64,000 nt of DNA from Dehalococcoidia bacterium (GTDB taxonomy: Bacteria; Chloroflexota; Dehalococcoidia; Lucifugimonadales; UBA3495): the NCBI GenBank assembly GCA_022823505.1, contig JAJEIA010000098.1, forward strand, positions 7,506 through 71,505, read 5' to 3'. Under the pieces are notes generated by a model. That model had not been told where the DNA came from and ran no database searches. It saw only the letters and a list, made by a program, of their open reading frames with translations. Positions 42,260 through 50,657 of this stretch are shown here, one piece after another (the stretch's first letter is position 1; every line of letters begins with the position of its first letter). Position numbers and translations under genes: made by a program.

Positions 42260-43894
42260 ATGACTACATCGTTGCAGCAAACGTCTTCCAATGGACATTC
42301 CGCCGGAGGCGTGGAGGAATTCGACGTTGTCGTCATCGGCGCTGGTGTCACGGGATTGTACTCCCTGTACCGGCTGCGCCAGTTGGGGTTCTCGGTGAGA
42401 TCCCTCGAGGAAGGCGACGGTGTCGGCGGCACTTGGTACTGGAACCGCTACCCCGGGGCGCGCTTCGACTCCGAGAGCTACACCTACGGCTACTCCTTCT
42501 CCGAGGAACTGCTGGAGGAGTGGGAGTGGAAGGAACACTACTCCGCCCAGCCCGAAAACGAGCGCTACCTGAACTATGTGGCCGACAAGTTCGACCTGCG
42601 CGGCGACATACGGTTCAACTCCCGGGTGGCCTCCCTGATCTATGACGAGGCCGGCAACCGGTGGAACGTCACCACCGACGACGGGTACCAGGCCCGCGCG
42701 CAGTTTGTCATCACCGCCATCGGCATCCTGTCGGCCCGCTACGTACCGGATTTCGAGGGGCTGGAGAGCTACGAAGGGGCGTGGTGTCACACCAACCGCT
42801 GGCCCAAGGAGGGAATGGACCTGGCGGGCAAGCGCGTCGGCGTCATCGGAACCGGCGCCACCGCCGTTCAGTTGATCCCCGAAATCGTGGACGAAGTCTC
42901 CCACCTGACGGTCTTCCAGCGGACTGCCAACTACTGCGTGCCTCTGCGCAACGCCGTCATTGACCGGGATACCCAGGACTACATCAAGAGCCACTACCCC
43001 GAGATTTTCGAACAGTGCCTGGCCACTCCCGGCTCCTTCATGCACGAGTTTGATCCCCGTTCCGCGCTGGCGGTTTCCGAGGATGAAAAGCTGGAGCAGT
43101 ACGAGCGGCTGTGGGCGGAGCCGGGTTTCAAGAAGTGGCTGTCCAATTTCTACGACATCATGATGCCCGGCGAGGCCAATGAGGACTACGCCGAGTTCGT
43201 CCGCAACAAGATCCGTGAGCGGGTGCACGACCCCGAAGTCGCCGAGAAGCTGGTGCCCAAGAACCACATGTTCGGCTCCAAGCGGCTGCCCTGCGAAAGC
43301 GGCTACTACGAGGTCTACAACCGCGACAACGTCCTGCTGGTGGACGTCCGTGAGGACCCCATCGCGCGCCTGAACCCCAGGGGCATCCAGTTGGAGAGCG
43401 GCGACGAGCACGAACTGGACGTCATCATCTTCGCCACCGGCTACGACGCCGTCACCGGCCCTCTCAACCTGATCCACATCGAGGGCATGGGCGGCGAGGT
43501 GCTCAGGGAAAAGTTCGCCAACGGCCCGCGCACCTACATGGGAATGTCCAGCTACGGCTTCCCCAACCTGTTCACCATCAACGCCGCGTCCGTGGGCAAC
43601 TTCCCCCGTTCCGCGGAGCCGCTGGTGGAGTGGGTCACCGACGCCATGGCCCACGTCCGGGACAGCGGGCGCCAGCGCATCATGGCGACTCCCGAGGCCG
43701 AGGAGGCGTGGGTGCAGCACATGAGGGAAGGCGGCGAGAACATCCTGCGCACCCAGGCCGACTCCTGGTTCGTGGGCGCTAACATCCCCGGCAAGGCTCG
43801 CGTCCTGCTCACTGCCCCGGACACCGCCCCGGCCATGCGGGCCAAGCGCGCCGAGGTGGCGGAAAACGGCTACGAGGGGTTCGCCCTGGACTGA
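42260..43894 (+). CDS. Baeyer-Villiger monooxygenase (cyclohexanone/steroid monooxygenase family)
   Basis: GAGVTG, GGTWYWNRYPG, YEGAWCHTNRWP fingerprint, GTGATA, ATG. Confidence 0.95.
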   Translation: MTTSLQQTSSNGHSAGGVEEFDVVVIGAGVTGLYSLYRLRQLGFSVRSLEEGDGVGGTWYWNRYPGARFDSESYTYGYSFSEELLEEWEWKEHYSAQPENERYLNYVADKFDLRGDIRFNSRVASLIYDEAGNRWNVTTDDGYQARAQFVITAIGILSARYVPDFEGLESYEGAWCHTNRWPKEGMDLAGKRVGVIGTGATAVQLIPEIVDEVSHLTVFQRTANYCVPLRNAVIDRDTQDYIKSHYPEIFEQCLATPGSFMHEFDPRSALAVSEDEKLEQYERLWAEPGFKKWLSNFYDIMMPGEANEDYAEFVRNKIRERVHDPEVAEKLVPKNHMFGSKRLPCESGYYEVYNRDNVLLVDVREDPIARLNPRGIQLESGDEHELDVIIFATGYDAVTGPLNLIHIEGMGGEVLREKFANGPRTYMGMSSYGFPNLFTINAASVGNFPRSAEPLVEWVTDAMAHVRDSGRQRIMATPEAEEAWVQHMREGGENILRTQADSWFVGANIPGKARVLLTAPDTAPAMRAKRAEVAENGYEGFALD

Positions 43895-43913
43895 TTGCAG
43901 GGGTTAGGAAATC

Positions 43914-44023
43914 GTCAGAAGCGGGATTCACGGGATTTTGTGATTTGACGGGATTGGGAGATCTCCATCGTGGAACGGCTCCAATCCTGATAACCCCTGA
44001 GTCCTGAAAATGCTGCTTCTGAC
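43914..44023. repeat. palindromic element, family B copy 1 (GGATT/AATCC periodic arms)
   Basis: GTCAGAAGC...GCTTCTGAC terminal IR with about 9-nt periodic GGATT units. Confidence 0.8.
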
Positions 44024-44084
44024 AACGGTGCCTGCCGTCCTATTCATTCATGCGAAGAATTTGCTGGCGAATCGCCCCGGGTAG

Positions 44085-45383
44085 CTATCCCTCGGTTGGC
44101 TCGGGGCTGACGGGCCGCTTTGCCAGCAGGAACGCTCCCGCCGATATCGCCTGCAACACGCCAACGGCCATCAGGACGGGTACGAAGCTGCCGGTGCGGT
44201 CGAACACCCATCCTGCCGTCGCGGGGACCACGGGCCCGCTGATGCCGTAGAACAGGGTCATCACGCCCACCAGCGTCCCAAAGCTGCGTCGGCCGTAGTA
44301 TTCGCCCACGGTGATCCAGGCCAGGGCGCTCACTCCTTGTCCGGTGGCCGAGGAAACGATCAGGAACCAGGCCACCGCATCGCCGTCCAGCACCAGGGCG
44401 GCGACGGAGCAAAGGCCGACCAGGGCCATCGCGCCGCTCAGCAGCCAGCGAGGCGACGCCCATGTGGCGGCCAGACCCATGCCGAAACGGGCCGGGATGG
44501 TGGCGAAATAGGTGATCGACAGGTAGATCGATGTGCGGGCCGGCGCCACCCCTTTCCAGATCAGGATGGGAATCTGGTTGATCACCAGGACGTCGGACGG
44601 AATTGTGCGCAGCGCGGCGCCCACCGTCAGCGCCCAGAATGAAAGCGTAACCAGCGCCTGGGTAGCTGAGTAGTCCAGTCGTTGCGAGCCGGCGGTTCCG
44701 GCGAGTCTCGATCCTCTCCGGGCCGGGTTGGCGTCGATCTCGCCCGCGCCGTAGGGCTGCAGCCCCAGGTCCTCGGGCCGACTGCGGATGATCGCCGCGG
44801 CCGGTAGGGTCAGGGCGCACACCAGGATGCCGGCAACTATCGCCGTGGGCCTCCAGCCGAACTGCTCCGCGGCGGCGCTCAGCGCCGGCAGGATGGCCGC
44901 CGCTCCGCCCATGACGGCGGTATTGATAACCGCCAACGCAAAGGCCTTGCGCCGCTCGAACCACTGGTTGACCACCGTCATCAGGTTCGGGAAGATTCCG
45001 AGACCCCGGCCCACCGAAGCGGTCACCGAGTAGACCGCGACGATGCCCCAGAACGAGTCGACGAAACCCAGTGCGGCGAACCCCAAACCCGCGAGCAGAC
45101 CCCCGGCCAGGATCAATCGCCGTGCGCCGTAGCGGTCGGCCAGCCACCCGGCCGCCAGCGACGTGACGTCGCCCACTCCCCATGCCGCTCCGACGACGAA
45201 GGCCGACTGGCCGGAGGTCAATCCCAGCTCATCCCGAACGAGAACCGAGAACGCCAGATAGCCCGGGATCACCACCCCGAAAGCGAAGAACCCCAGGACA
45301 ACGGACGCGGAGAGTACCCACCACCCGTAGAAGATCCCGCCCGGTTCACCGGCGGAGTACAGGCGGTCCGTCAGCCCGCGCAC
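44085..45383 (-). CDS. MFS transporter
   Basis: FYGWW, GWLADRYGAR, EYYGRRSFG, GWVFDRTGS. Confidence 0.92.
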   Translation of the reverse strand: MRGLTDRLYSAGEPGGIFYGWWVLSASVVLGFFAFGVVIPGYLAFSVLVRDELGLTSGQSAFVVGAAWGVGDVTSLAAGWLADRYGARRLILAGGLLAGLGFAALGFVDSFWGIVAVYSVTASVGRGLGIFPNLMTVVNQWFERRKAFALAVINTAVMGGAAAILPALSAAAEQFGWRPTAIVAGILVCALTLPAAAIIRSRPEDLGLQPYGAGEIDANPARRGSRLAGTAGSQRLDYSATQALVTLSFWALTVGAALRTIPSDVLVINQIPILIWKGVAPARTSIYLSITYFATIPARFGMGLAATWASPRWLLSGAMALVGLCSVAALVLDGDAVAWFLIVSSATGQGVSALAWITVGEYYGRRSFGTLVGVMTLFYGISGPVVPATAGWVFDRTGSFVPVLMAVGVLQAISAGAFLLAKRPVSPEPTEG

Positions 45384-45489
45384 GGGGCTATTCCGACATC
45401 ACGGCGGCGATGCCCCGACGGTTGTCAGCCCCGGCGGAGCGCAGGACACCATTGCCTCAACTACTCTGGACGGATGCGGGGCCGGCCGC

Positions 45490-45858
45490 CTAATCCACCA
45501 GGGGAATAACCAGGTAGACCCTTTCCTCGCCTCCGACCACGCGGGTGGTGTGCCCCGCGCCCGTGAGGTCCTCGGCCAGCAGGACGTCTCCGGGTCCGAC
45601 CCGATGCGTGGTGCCGTCGCTCAGCCCGATCTCGGCCTGGCCGGCGAGGGTCACGGTGTACTGCCTCCGTGGGGCGCAGTGGAAATCCAGGAAGTAGTCG
45701 GGGGGCGAGATGCGGATGGTCAGGCCGCTGGTTGCCTGCATGGGGGTGCCCCGACCGTATGCTCCCTCGGTGTCCAGGAAATCCTCGAAGGGCGGCTCGT
45801 AATGCTCGAGACGGGACTGGCCGTCGGGACCGGTGAAAACGCGCACGAACTGAGGCAT
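45490..45858 (-). CDS. cupin-domain protein
   Basis: FHCAPRRQY, GDVLLAEDLTGAGH. Confidence 0.85.
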   Translation of the reverse strand: MPQFVRVFTGPDGQSRLEHYEPPFEDFLDTEGAYGRGTPMQATSGLTIRISPPDYFLDFHCAPRRQYTVTLAGQAEIGLSDGTTHRVGPGDVLLAEDLTGAGHTTRVVGGEERVYLVIPLVD

Positions 45859-45903
45859 GAGACAACTCCTGGATGATGCGGATTGACGCCGATTATACCG
45901 GGC

Positions 45904-46236
45904 CTACTCGCCGGGGCGGTCGTCCGTGGTTCCTCGCTGTGTCACCCACGAGACGTTGTCGGCTTCACCTCCGCTGCCCTGGGACCGGCGCAGGGATTCC
46001 ACCGTCCGGTTTATCAACACGGCGCCGAAAAGCCCGGCCGCGGCTCCCAACGGAAAAGCCAGCAGCCCACCGGTCACGCACAGCACGACCAACACGTGGG
46101 GCTCGACGATGGCCCGGTCGTTCAATTCGGCGATCCTGGCGAAGCGCGCGGCGATGGCCCAGGCGACGTAGCCGCCGGCCGCGCTGCCGATTACGGCCGC
46201 GCTGATGATGTAAAACAGCTTGGTGGGAGTGAACAT
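45904..46236 (-). CDS. small hypothetical membrane protein
   Basis: two Gly/Ala-rich hydrophobic segments. Confidence 0.55.
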   Translation of the reverse strand: MFTPTKLFYIISAAVIGSAAGGYVAWAIAARFARIAELNDRAIVEPHVLVVLCVTGGLLAFPLGAAAGLFGAVLINRTVESLRRSQGSGGEADNVSWVTQRGTTDDRPGE

Positions 46237-46349
46237 GATCGTTTTCCGGCCGCCTTCATGTTGTCTCGGCGTCAGAAGCTTGCGGTAGCCATGCTAGCAC
46301 AATTGTTGTTGGAATTCGCTCACGGTTTGGAAGATTTCGTAATCGTAAC

Positions 46350-46378
46350 TTGACAACAAGGCGGCATCCTCGTTTAAT
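46350..46378 (+). promoter_or_regulatory. sigma70-type promoter for the ABC operon
   Basis: TTGACA-N17-TTTAAT. Confidence 0.7.
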
Positions 46379-46459
46379 CGTCCGGCATCCGTAAAGCGGC
46401 GGCACGACGGCAGGACGTGCTGTCTGCCCGTTCAGCAAATCAGGAGGGTACACCAAACA

Positions 46460-48265
46460 ATGGGATTGAGACGATATTTTAACCTGCGGCTGCTGTCCGC
46501 GTTGGGCCTGGGAGCAGGCCTGATCGCCGCCGTCGCCTGCGGCGGCGCGTCCGAGGCCCCGGCCGCTCCGGCCGCCGCTCCCACTGCCGCGCCAGCGAGC
46601 TCCGAGTCAGCGGCGCCCACCGCCATGCCGGAAGCCACCGCGGCAATGATGGCCGAGGAAGCCGGCGGCCACGTCACTCTGCTGGTCACCAACATCGGCA
46701 ACGGCAAATTCGATCCGTTGCTGACCGAGGGTGAAGACCTCAAGTTCCAGCGGATCTTCCAGGTCGCTCTGGTGGGCGGCAAGGGCGGCAGTGAACTGAC
46801 TCCGGCCGTGGCCAAGGACTGGTCGGTCAGTGAGGACGGCAAGGTCTGGACCTTCGGTGTCAACGAAGGGTTCATCACCGCCCACGACGGCAACGTGATC
46901 ACCCGCGACGACGTGTATTTCAATTTGAACAGCCGGGTGGGCGCAGAAGCCTTCCAACTGCTGGACGCCGGATACTATGAACCCCGCGACGTGGCGCTGG
47001 CCAATTTGATCGAGGGTGTCTCCAAGGGGCCGGCGGACGACCAGGTGCAGGTCACCTTCAAGACCGTGCGCCTGGACTTTGCCTTCAACTGGTCGGAAAA
47101 CTCCCAGGGCGCCAGCCCCATGATCGTGCCGGAAGCCACCATGCGCGACCGCGCCGGGGCGACTGGATTCGAGGGCTATGAAGCTGACCCCATCGGCATC
47201 GGCGCCATGAAAGTGACGGACTTCGTGCTGGAGCAGAAGTACTCTTTCGAGAAGTTCGATGATTTCTTCTGGACTCCCGAGAATGGGTACGACGAGGACC
47301 GCCGCGTCACGTTCGATACGTTGACCATTGAGGTGGTTCCGGAGCCGCCGGGGCGCCTGGCAGCGTTGCGCAACGGTCAGGCCCAGCTCATCGAGTCCAA
47401 TATCAACATGATCCCCGACCTCCAGAGCATCGACGGCGCATCCATCGCGTGGCAGAAGGAGTCGTCCTACAACTGGGTGGTGTACGTGGACTGCTGGGTC
47501 GAAGAGCTGTGGTGCTTCCCCGTTGAGGCGCGGCAGGCCGCCGAGCACGCCATCGACAAGGATGCCATCGTCAACGGCCTCTACTCGCCTGAGTCCGTAA
47601 ACGCCGACAGCTGGGCCCACGTGACCCCGAACTCCCTGGGTTGGAGCGAAGACCTGCGGCCGCGCGCCTACGACGTCGACAAGGCCAAGGAACTCCTCAA
47701 GTCCATCGGCTACGGCGGAGCCGACGGTGGCGACGGCACTGATGCCAACGGCGAGCAGATTTCCTTTACCATCTACACCTGGGAAGCCGGCGACCTGCCG
47801 CTGCTGCCCGACCTGGCCCAGCTCTACAAGGACTTCTGGAGCGAACTGGGTTGGGACGTCGATGTCACGGTTGGCGACGCCGCGGCCACTCGCCAGGCGT
47901 GGAACAACCGCGAGTACCCCGGAGACGTGCTGGTGCGCACCAACGAGGCCCGGTTCGACGGCACCTCCATCACCCAGGGCGGGTTTCTCAACCCCGACAT
48001 CGCCTGGCGCGCAGTGGACAATTGGGAGAATGAGCCCTGGGCCAGCACCACCACCCCGGTCGTGCAAAAGGGTCTCTCCGACCTGAACGCCGACACCCGC
48101 AGCGCCTCGTATGCCGAGATGTACGCCTACCTGAAGGACCAAACCTACTGGGGCGACGGGTTCAACACCAACGTTCCGTGGGGCCTGGGCGCCGACGTGG
48201 CATCCTACGAGCCCTGGAGCCTGGTTCCCTACGTGACCGCCATCTGGACGGTGAAGCTGAAGTAA
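46460..48265 (+). CDS. ABC peptide/nickel-type substrate-binding lipoprotein
   Basis: AVAC lipobox, AKDWSVSEDGKVWTF, PIGIG, YDVDKAKELL. Confidence 0.88.
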   Translation: MGLRRYFNLRLLSALGLGAGLIAAVACGGASEAPAAPAAAPTAAPASSESAAPTAMPEATAAMMAEEAGGHVTLLVTNIGNGKFDPLLTEGEDLKFQRIFQVALVGGKGGSELTPAVAKDWSVSEDGKVWTFGVNEGFITAHDGNVITRDDVYFNLNSRVGAEAFQLLDAGYYEPRDVALANLIEGVSKGPADDQVQVTFKTVRLDFAFNWSENSQGASPMIVPEATMRDRAGATGFEGYEADPIGIGAMKVTDFVLEQKYSFEKFDDFFWTPENGYDEDRRVTFDTLTIEVVPEPPGRLAALRNGQAQLIESNINMIPDLQSIDGASIAWQKESSYNWVVYVDCWVEELWCFPVEARQAAEHAIDKDAIVNGLYSPESVNADSWAHVTPNSLGWSEDLRPRAYDVDKAKELLKSIGYGGADGGDGTDANGEQISFTIYTWEAGDLPLLPDLAQLYKDFWSELGWDVDVTVGDAAATRQAWNNREYPGDVLVRTNEARFDGTSITQGGFLNPDIAWRAVDNWENEPWASTTTPVVQKGLSDLNADTRSASYAEMYAYLKDQTYWGDGFNTNVPWGLGADVASYEPWSLVPYVTAIWTVKLK

Positions 48266-48287
48266 GCGAGCCGGAACGGATACGGAC

Positions 48288-48321
48288 GACCGGCGTCGCC
48301 CACAATCGGACGGCGCCGGTC
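48288..48321 (+). terminator. intercistronic hairpin between SBP and permease genes
   Basis: GACCGGCGTCG...CGGCGCCGGTC. Confidence 0.5.
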
Positions 48322-48361
48322 TTCCCCCTAACTGAATCTTCGTTGATAGCTTAGTAAGATT

Positions 48362-49327
48362 ATGACTGCATATATCCTGCGCCGCATCGGAGAAGGGGTG
48401 GTCACCCTGATCGCCCTGAGTTTCGTGGTTTTCGGCAGCGTTCACCTGACCGGCGACCCGGCGCGGTTCCTGTTGCCCATTTCTGCGGAACACGACGAAT
48501 CGGTTTACGAGGCGCAGAAAGCCGCCTACGGGTTGGACAAACCATTCATCGTCCAGTATTGGAATTTCCTGATCAAGGCGGTCCGGCTGGACTTTGGCAA
48601 CTCCTTCACCGCCCGGAGACCTGTCAAGGAGATCTTGCTGGAACGGATCCCGGCCACGGTGCATCTGGCGGTAACGGCCACTGTCCTGGCCATAGGCGTC
48701 GGGGTACCGCTCGGGATCATATCGGCGGTGAAACGGGATACCATACTGGACCGCGTGTGCAAGGCTTTCGCGATTTTCGGCATGGCGGCGCCCCAGTTCT
48801 GGGTGGCCATCATGCTCATCATTGTGTTCGCGGGATACTGGGGGTGGCTGCCGGCTTTCGGCAGAGGAGATATGACCGGGTGGTTCCCATCATGGTCGCA
48901 AATCCCAAACATGCTGGCCCACCTGATCCTGCCCGCCTTCGTGCTGGCGCTGGCCATCATCGCCGCCATCATGCGCCTGGCCCGATCGGCGATGTTGGAA
49001 GTGCTGGATAGCGACTACGTGATGTTTGCCCAGGTGAAGGGCATGAACGACCGGGTGGTCATCTGGAAACACGCCGCCCGCAACGCGCTCATACCGGTAA
49101 TCACCTTCGGCGGGATCAGCCTCGCCGGATTGCTCAACGGGTCGGTAGTCGTCGAGGTGGTTTTTGCCTGGCCGGGCGTCGGCCTGATGCTGCTGGAGGG
49201 CGTGCTCTCCAATAACTTCCCGCAGGTGGAAGGGGCCATCATGGTCTCGGGCGCGGCCTACATCCTGACCGCGCTGGTCGTTGATATTCTCTATGGTTAC
49301 GCCGACCCTCGGGTTCGGATGAACTAG
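48362..49327 (+). CDS. ABC permease (DppB/OppB-like)
   Basis: YILRR, GLDKP, LDFGNS, RSAMLEVL.SDY, HAARNA, FAWPG. Confidence 0.93.
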   Translation: MTAYILRRIGEGVVTLIALSFVVFGSVHLTGDPARFLLPISAEHDESVYEAQKAAYGLDKPFIVQYWNFLIKAVRLDFGNSFTARRPVKEILLERIPATVHLAVTATVLAIGVGVPLGIISAVKRDTILDRVCKAFAIFGMAAPQFWVAIMLIIVFAGYWGWLPAFGRGDMTGWFPSWSQIPNMLAHLILPAFVLALAIIAAIMRLARSAMLEVLDSDYVMFAQVKGMNDRVVIWKHAARNALIPVITFGGISLAGLLNGSVVVEVVFAWPGVGLMLLEGVLSNNFPQVEGAIMVSGAAYILTALVVDILYGYADPRVRMN

Positions 49328-49350
49328 CATTTCCCAACGGGAGGGCAAGC

Positions 49351-50235
49351 TTGGCTGCAGAAAATCCGGCGCTAGTTCTTGACCAGCGCGCTCCCGTGTC
49401 CCTGGCGCAGCGTATCAAGGATGCGCGGCTGCCCTGGATACCCATCGCGATCCTGCTGATCATTGTATTCTGCGCGGCGTTCGCCAACCTGGTTGCCCCC
49501 CACGATCCGCGCTCCAACGACGTGCGCAACAAGCTGCAGCCGCCGTTCGCCAGTTCCGAGCATATCCTGGGCACCGACCGGCTGGGCAAGGACATGCTCA
49601 GTCGCCTGATCTACGGCGCCCGCACCATGCTTCAGGTGACCGCCCCATCAATGGTCGTGGCCATCCTTGCCGGCACCGTCGTCGGGCTGGTGTCCGGCTA
49701 CTCCGGCCGGTGGGCCGACTCTGTGCTGATGCGCATCACCGACGCGGTATTGGGCTTCCCGTCAATCCTGGTGGCGCTGTTGATCGTCACCTATCTGGGC
49801 ACCGGCGTATGGAATGTGATGATCGCCATCGCGGCCACCCAGTGGGCGCGGTTCGCGAGAATGATTCGGGGTGAAGTTCTCGCCATACGCGACCGGGACT
49901 TCGTGGTACTGGCCCAGATCTACGGCGTGTCGCCCGGCATGATCGTTTGGCGCCACCTGTTCCCCAACGTCATCAACACCCTCATGGTACTGACCAGCGT
50001 CAGCATCGGCCAGGTCATCCTGCTGGAAGCCTCGTTGAGCTTCCTGGGCCTGGGCCTCGCCCCTGGTGATCCGGCCTGGGGCATCCTGGTTGCGGAGGGC
50101 CGCGAGTTCCTGACCCAGGCGTGGTGGATCGCGCTGTTCCCCGGATTGGTGATCACGGTCGTCGTAATGGCGTTCAACTTCTTCGGCGACTGGCTGCGGG
50201 ACTACCTCGACCCCAGGCTGCGACGCGCCGGCTGA
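49351..50235 (+). CDS. ABC permease (DppC/OppC-like)
   Basis: LGTDRLGKD, YGAR, EASLSFLGLG, GDWLRD.LDP. Confidence 0.93.
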   Translation: MAAENPALVLDQRAPVSLAQRIKDARLPWIPIAILLIIVFCAAFANLVAPHDPRSNDVRNKLQPPFASSEHILGTDRLGKDMLSRLIYGARTMLQVTAPSMVVAILAGTVVGLVSGYSGRWADSVLMRITDAVLGFPSILVALLIVTYLGTGVWNVMIAIAATQWARFARMIRGEVLAIRDRDFVVLAQIYGVSPGMIVWRHLFPNVINTLMVLTSVSIGQVILLEASLSFLGLGLAPGDPAWGILVAEGREFLTQAWWIALFPGLVITVVVMAFNFFGDWLRDYLDPRLRRAG

Positions 50236-50403
50236 TCGGTCTACCCATGGGCGGGCGCCGTGGTCAACTACGCCTGTCCACCCTTTTGGCGCACCCGCCG
50301 GTCTCTGGCACGGGCGACTCCGGCTGCCGCCCGGTCGACACCGAAGCGCGGCTGCCCGTGCAGCAGAGCCGCAAACGAGGTTCAGGCCTTGTGCAAGAGT
50401 ATT

Positions 50404-50492
50404 GTCGGAAACAGGATCGCCAGTACTAACGCATTTTCCGGATTTCATGAACATCCTGAAAATCTTACAATCCGGTAAATCCCGCTTATGAC
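50404..50492. repeat. palindromic element, family B copy 2 (degenerate, reverse orientation)
   Basis: reverse complement GTCATAAGCGGGATTTACCGGATT... aligns with GTCAGAAGCGGGATTCACGGGATT... at 43914. Confidence 0.7.
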
Positions 50493-50657
50493 CGTTTCCG
50501 CCGGGATTGGCTTTGCGCAAACCATGGAACGCGGCCCCGTGTGGACAATCCCGTTTGGCCGGTGCTACCATTTTTTCGAATTATCGCCAAAAACGGACCT
50601 GTCGCCGGACGAGGTCGGACAAGCGACCCAACTGGCGCTGACTTATGGGACGGTACG

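Noticed and set aside
43914-44023. CRISPR array or origin iterons
   Set aside because: Units are about 9 nt, degenerate and arranged as an inverted pair without spacers; no cas genes.
46607-48664. 685-aa minus-strand ORF
   Set aside because: Antisense shadow of the ABC SBP and permease genes; no motifs.
50500-50657. T-box riboswitch upstream of valS
   Set aside because: No GGTGGNACCGCG-type T-box consensus or specifier stem is recognisable.
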